Shown: positions 61,256 through 64,000 of the stretch, piece after piece
How the letters are laid out: every line of letters starts with the position of its first letter
Position numbering within the stretch: the stretch's first letter is position 1
NCBI GenBank assembly: GCA_963767925.1
Contig: CAVYGB010000002.1
Coordinates: 1,184,001 to 1,248,000, forward strand
Length of the DNA: 64,000 nucleotides
DNA from: an uncultured delta proteobacterium
GTDB taxonomy: Bacteria > Myxococcota_A > Polyangia > Fen-1088
Reading direction: 5' to 3'
Made by a program: the position numbers and the translations under genes
The notes under the pieces: generated by a model
Told to the model about the DNA's origin: nothing
Database searches by the model: none
The model's input: the letters and a program-made list of their open reading frames with translations, nothing else

Positions 61256-63529
61256 TCAGGCCGATGGGCGCGGGCGGCGGCCGGCTTCTCGTCCCGGGTG
61301 TAGTAGCCGTAGCGCGAGTAGTAGTAGTACGAGTAGTAGCCGTACTCCCGCTGCCGCGAGAGGTTGATGTCGTTGAGGATGCAGCCGAGGACGTTCACGG
61401 CGCCGTCCGTGCCGAGCTGCCGCCGGATGCGGGCCAGGGCGTACTTCGAGGTGCGGCCGGCCTTGGCCACCAGCAGGGTGCGCGTCGGTCATCCGCGCCA
61501 GGATGGCGGCGTCGGTGACCGCCCCCAGGGGCGGAGAGTCGAACATGACCAGGTCGAACGCGCCGGTCAGCTCACGCACGATTCCGCGGAACCGCTCGGT
61601 GTGCAGCAGCTCGGCCGGGTTGGGCGGGCGAGGCCCCGCAGGGCAGGAGGTAGAGGTTGGGGACCTCGGAGAGGGCGGACGAAGCTGAGGACGTTGCCCT
61701 TGCCGAGGATGGCCGCCGAGAGCCCGTCGGAGCTCGAGGGGATGCCGAACGCCTTGTGCACGCGCGGGCGCCGCATGTCGGTGTCGACGAGCAGGACGCG
61801 CAGGCCGGACAGCGCCATGGTGGTGGCCAGGCTGGCCGCCACCGTGGTCTTGCCCTCCTGGGGACCGGCCGAGGTGATCAGCAGGGTGCGGAAGGGCTTC
61901 TCCGGCGACATGAACAGGAGGTTGGTGCGGATGGCCCGGCAGCACTCGGCCACCTGGGAGGTGGGGTGGGCGAAGACGTGGAGCTCCCGGGAGTCCATGA
62001 TCGAGGGCTTCTCGCCTCTTTTCCGTTGCCGTTCTTGGCGTTCCCGTTCTTGCCGTTGCTCGTGGTCGTTCTTGCCGTTGTCGTTCTTCTCGATGCTGGG
62101 AATCAGGCCCAGGAAGGTGATGCCCGCCGTCTGCTCGATGTCCTCCTGGGTCTTGACCGTGCTGTCGAGGGCGTCGAGCAGCAGGGCCAGACCGATCGAG
62201 AGGAGCAGGCCGATGCCGATCGCGACGATGACGGCCCGGGGGACGTTGGGCGCAAACGGGAGCCGGCGGGACCGTCGCCTCGTCGAGCAGGCGGACGTTG
62301 TTGGTCTTCAGGTTCGAGGCCAGCGACGTCTCACGCTCGCGCCCGCCGACCTGGTCGGCCAGCTTGACCAGCCGATCGAGGTCGCGCTTGAGCCGGAAGT
62401 ACTCCGCGCTCTTGCCCTCCAGCTTGATGGCCTCGCGGGTGGCGGCGTTGAGGGCGGCCCGCAGGTCGGCCGCCTGCTTGGCCAGGGCGTCGTACTGCGA
62501 GTCGAAGTTCTTGCGGGACAGCTCCACCTCGCGCCCGAGGTCGGCCTTGATGAGCTTCAGCCGCTGCTCCTGGGCCGTCACCGCCGGGTGCTTCTCCAGG
62601 TACTTCCCCTGCAGGGCGATCAGCTTGCCGTACTCGTCGATGTAGAGCTCTTTCAGCTTCTGCGCGACCTGGTTGTTGGCCATGGCGGGGTTCATCTCCG
62701 CCACCGGGTCGTTGCCCCCGAACGACTGGAACTGCTCTCGCTCGGCGCGGAGGGCAATCAGCTTGACCTCGACCGAGTTCAGCTCTTCGCCCACCTTCTT
62801 GCGGCGGACCGAGAGCTCGTTCTGGTCGTCTTCCAGGGAGACGGCGACGATGTTGTTGGCCTGCTTGAACTCGACCAGGCCGTGTTCCGCCGCCCGCAGC
62901 TCGGTCAGGAGCTGGTGGTATTCATCGCCGAGCCAGGTGGTGGCGCCCGCCGAGTGCGACAGGCGGCGCTCCAGGCTCTCGCTGGCGTAGACCTGGGCTA
63001 CGGTGTTGGCCAGCAGGGCGGCGAACTGCGGGTTCGTCGACTGCGCCGAGAGCTCGACGACCCGCGAGTCCTTGACCGGGACCACCTTCAGCATCGCCTG
63101 GATGAGGGGCGCCGCCCGGGCGAGCTCCGCCGGATCCTTGCACTCGGCGTTCGGCAGGATCAGCTCGCAGGGCGGGCCCCCCCTGAGCTGGCGCTGGCAC
63201 AGGGCCTTGGCGACCGCCGTCGCGTGCGACCGGCTGCGGAGCGTGCGGAACTCCGTCTCCAGCGTCTCACGCGATTGCCACCAGGTCGGCTGCGCCTCGA
63301 CGACGTCGCGAAAGCCCGCCCCCAGGTACTGGGGAACCGAGAGGTCGACGATGACTGTGGCGGTGGCCTCGTAGCGCGGCTGCTGCTTCGACACGACGAA
63401 GCCGGTGACGAGGGCGCTGGCGATGGTCAGTCCGAGGATCAGCCACTTCCGCTTGCGGAGAAAGGTGATCGCCGGTCCGATCTGGAGTCCGCTGCGAGGC
63501 TGTTGCAGGCTCGCAAGAGGATCTTGCAT
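61256..63529 (-). CDS. wzc: Wzc polysaccharide co-polymerase / tyrosine autokinase, frameshifted
   Basis: N-terminal TM, coiled coil, HPAV, AECCRAIRTNL, Walker A GPQEGKTT, DTDMRRP, DSPP and Tyr cluster YGYYSYYYYSRYGYY. Confidence 0.93.
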   Translation of the reverse strand: MQDPLASLQQPRSGLQIGPAITFLRKRKWLILGLTIASALVTGFVVSKQQPRYEATATVIVDLSVPQYLGAGFRDVVEAQPTWWQSRETLETEFRTLRSRSHATAVAKALCQRQLRGGPPCELILPNAECKDPAELARAAPLIQAMLKVVPVKDSRVVELSAQSTNPQFAALLANTVAQVYASESLERRLSHSAGATTWLGDEYHQLLTELRAAEHGLVEFKQANNIVAVSLEDDQNELSVRRKKVGEELNSVEVKLIALRAEREQFQSFGGNDPVAEMNPAMANNQVAQKLKELYIDEYGKLIALQGKYLEKHPAVTAQEQRLKLIKADLGREVELSRKNFDSQYDALAKQAADLRAALNAATREAIKLEGKSAEYFRLKRDLDRLVKLADQVGGRERETSLASNLKTNNVRLLDEATVPPAPVCAQRPPGRHRRDRHRPAPLDRSGPAARRPRQHGQDPGGHRADGGHHLPGPDSQHREERQRQERPRATARTGTPRTATEKRREALDHGLPGAPRLRPPHLPGGRVLPGHPHQPPVHVAGEALPHPADHLGRSPGGQDHGGGQPGHHHGAVRPARPARRHRHAAPARAQGVRHPLELRRALGGHPRQGQRPQLRPPSPRSPTSTSCPAGPRPPNPAELLHTERFRGIVRELTGAFDLVMFDSPPLGAVTDAAILARMTDAHPAGGQGRPHLEVRPGPHPAAARHGRRRERPRLHPQRHQPLAAAGVRLLLVLLLLALRLLHPGREAGRRPRPSA

Positions 63530-63598
63530 GTCTAGTCCCCTCTGGTTGGGTGGTCGTGTGAACGTCGGCGAACCTCAGGTCCGCCCGGGAGCGCGCGC

Positions 63599-64000
63599 CT
63601 AGAACAGCCGCTCGTCGACGACGATGCACGTCCCCGGGAAGCATGGTCACGTTGGGCGAGCGGCCTTCGCTGATGTCGGCGACTCGATAGTTCCAGGTCT
63701 CGACCTTGCCGTTGTGCTCGCGCCGGAGCCGTACGGAGTTCTTGGCGGCGGCCCCCGTGAACCCCCCGGCGGCGGCGATGGCGTCGACGATGGTCATGCG
63801 CGGGAAATAGGCGAGCGGGCCGGGCTTGGTCACCTGACCCAGGACGGCGATCTTCCGGCTGTTCCACTCCGTGACCATCACGGCGATCTGGGGACTGCGG
63901 AAGTAGCCGTCCTTGAGCTTCTTGGTCAGGTCTTCTTGCAGCTCGCTCGGGCCGCATGCCCAGGACCTGCACCCGCCCGATGTAGGGATAGTCGATGGTG
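63599..64000 (-). CDS. wza: Wza/OPX polysaccharide export protein, start outside the window
   Basis: TIDYPYIGRV, YFRSPQI, VLGQVTKPG, AIAAAGGF, PGDVxVVDERLF. Confidence 0.9.

Overview
High-GC bacterial DNA, most likely Myxococcota. This is inferred from a TIGR02266-type PilZ protein, an SspB-like adaptor, an Oar-like TonB receptor and Asp/Pro-linker lipoproteins. The first ~22 kb holds housekeeping and signalling genes: partial bioB, a QW-repeat protein, sspB-like, patatin, acyl-CoA dehydrogenase, a 2,050-aa hybrid kinase with four His-kinase cores plus a single-domain response regulator, a Cys-rich lipoprotein/TonB-receptor pair, moeA, a DEAD/DEAH helicase and PilZ. From ~22.3 kb to the end is a Wzx/Wzy-type surface polysaccharide locus (wza, wzc, wzx, wzy-like, O-antigen ligase, WecA-like initiator, several GTs). 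Its lower-GC core (~35-58.6 kb) encodes an unusual ulosonic-acid module: oxidoreductase, NeuB-cupin fusion, HAD phosphatase, NeuA-methyltransferase fusion and a candidate transferase with sialyltransferase-like DEEG and HP motifs. The locus also carries six methyltransferase domains, two AsnB amidotransferases, an MBOAT/SGNH pair and two Thr-type sulfatase-fold membrane proteins. Many conserved genes are frameshifted in blocks, most likely long-read indel errors. REP-like inverted repeats bracket both a 23-bp tandem array and the kinase module. I found no rRNA, tRNA, CRISPR or transposase. All calls are from reading motifs by eye; no searches were run.
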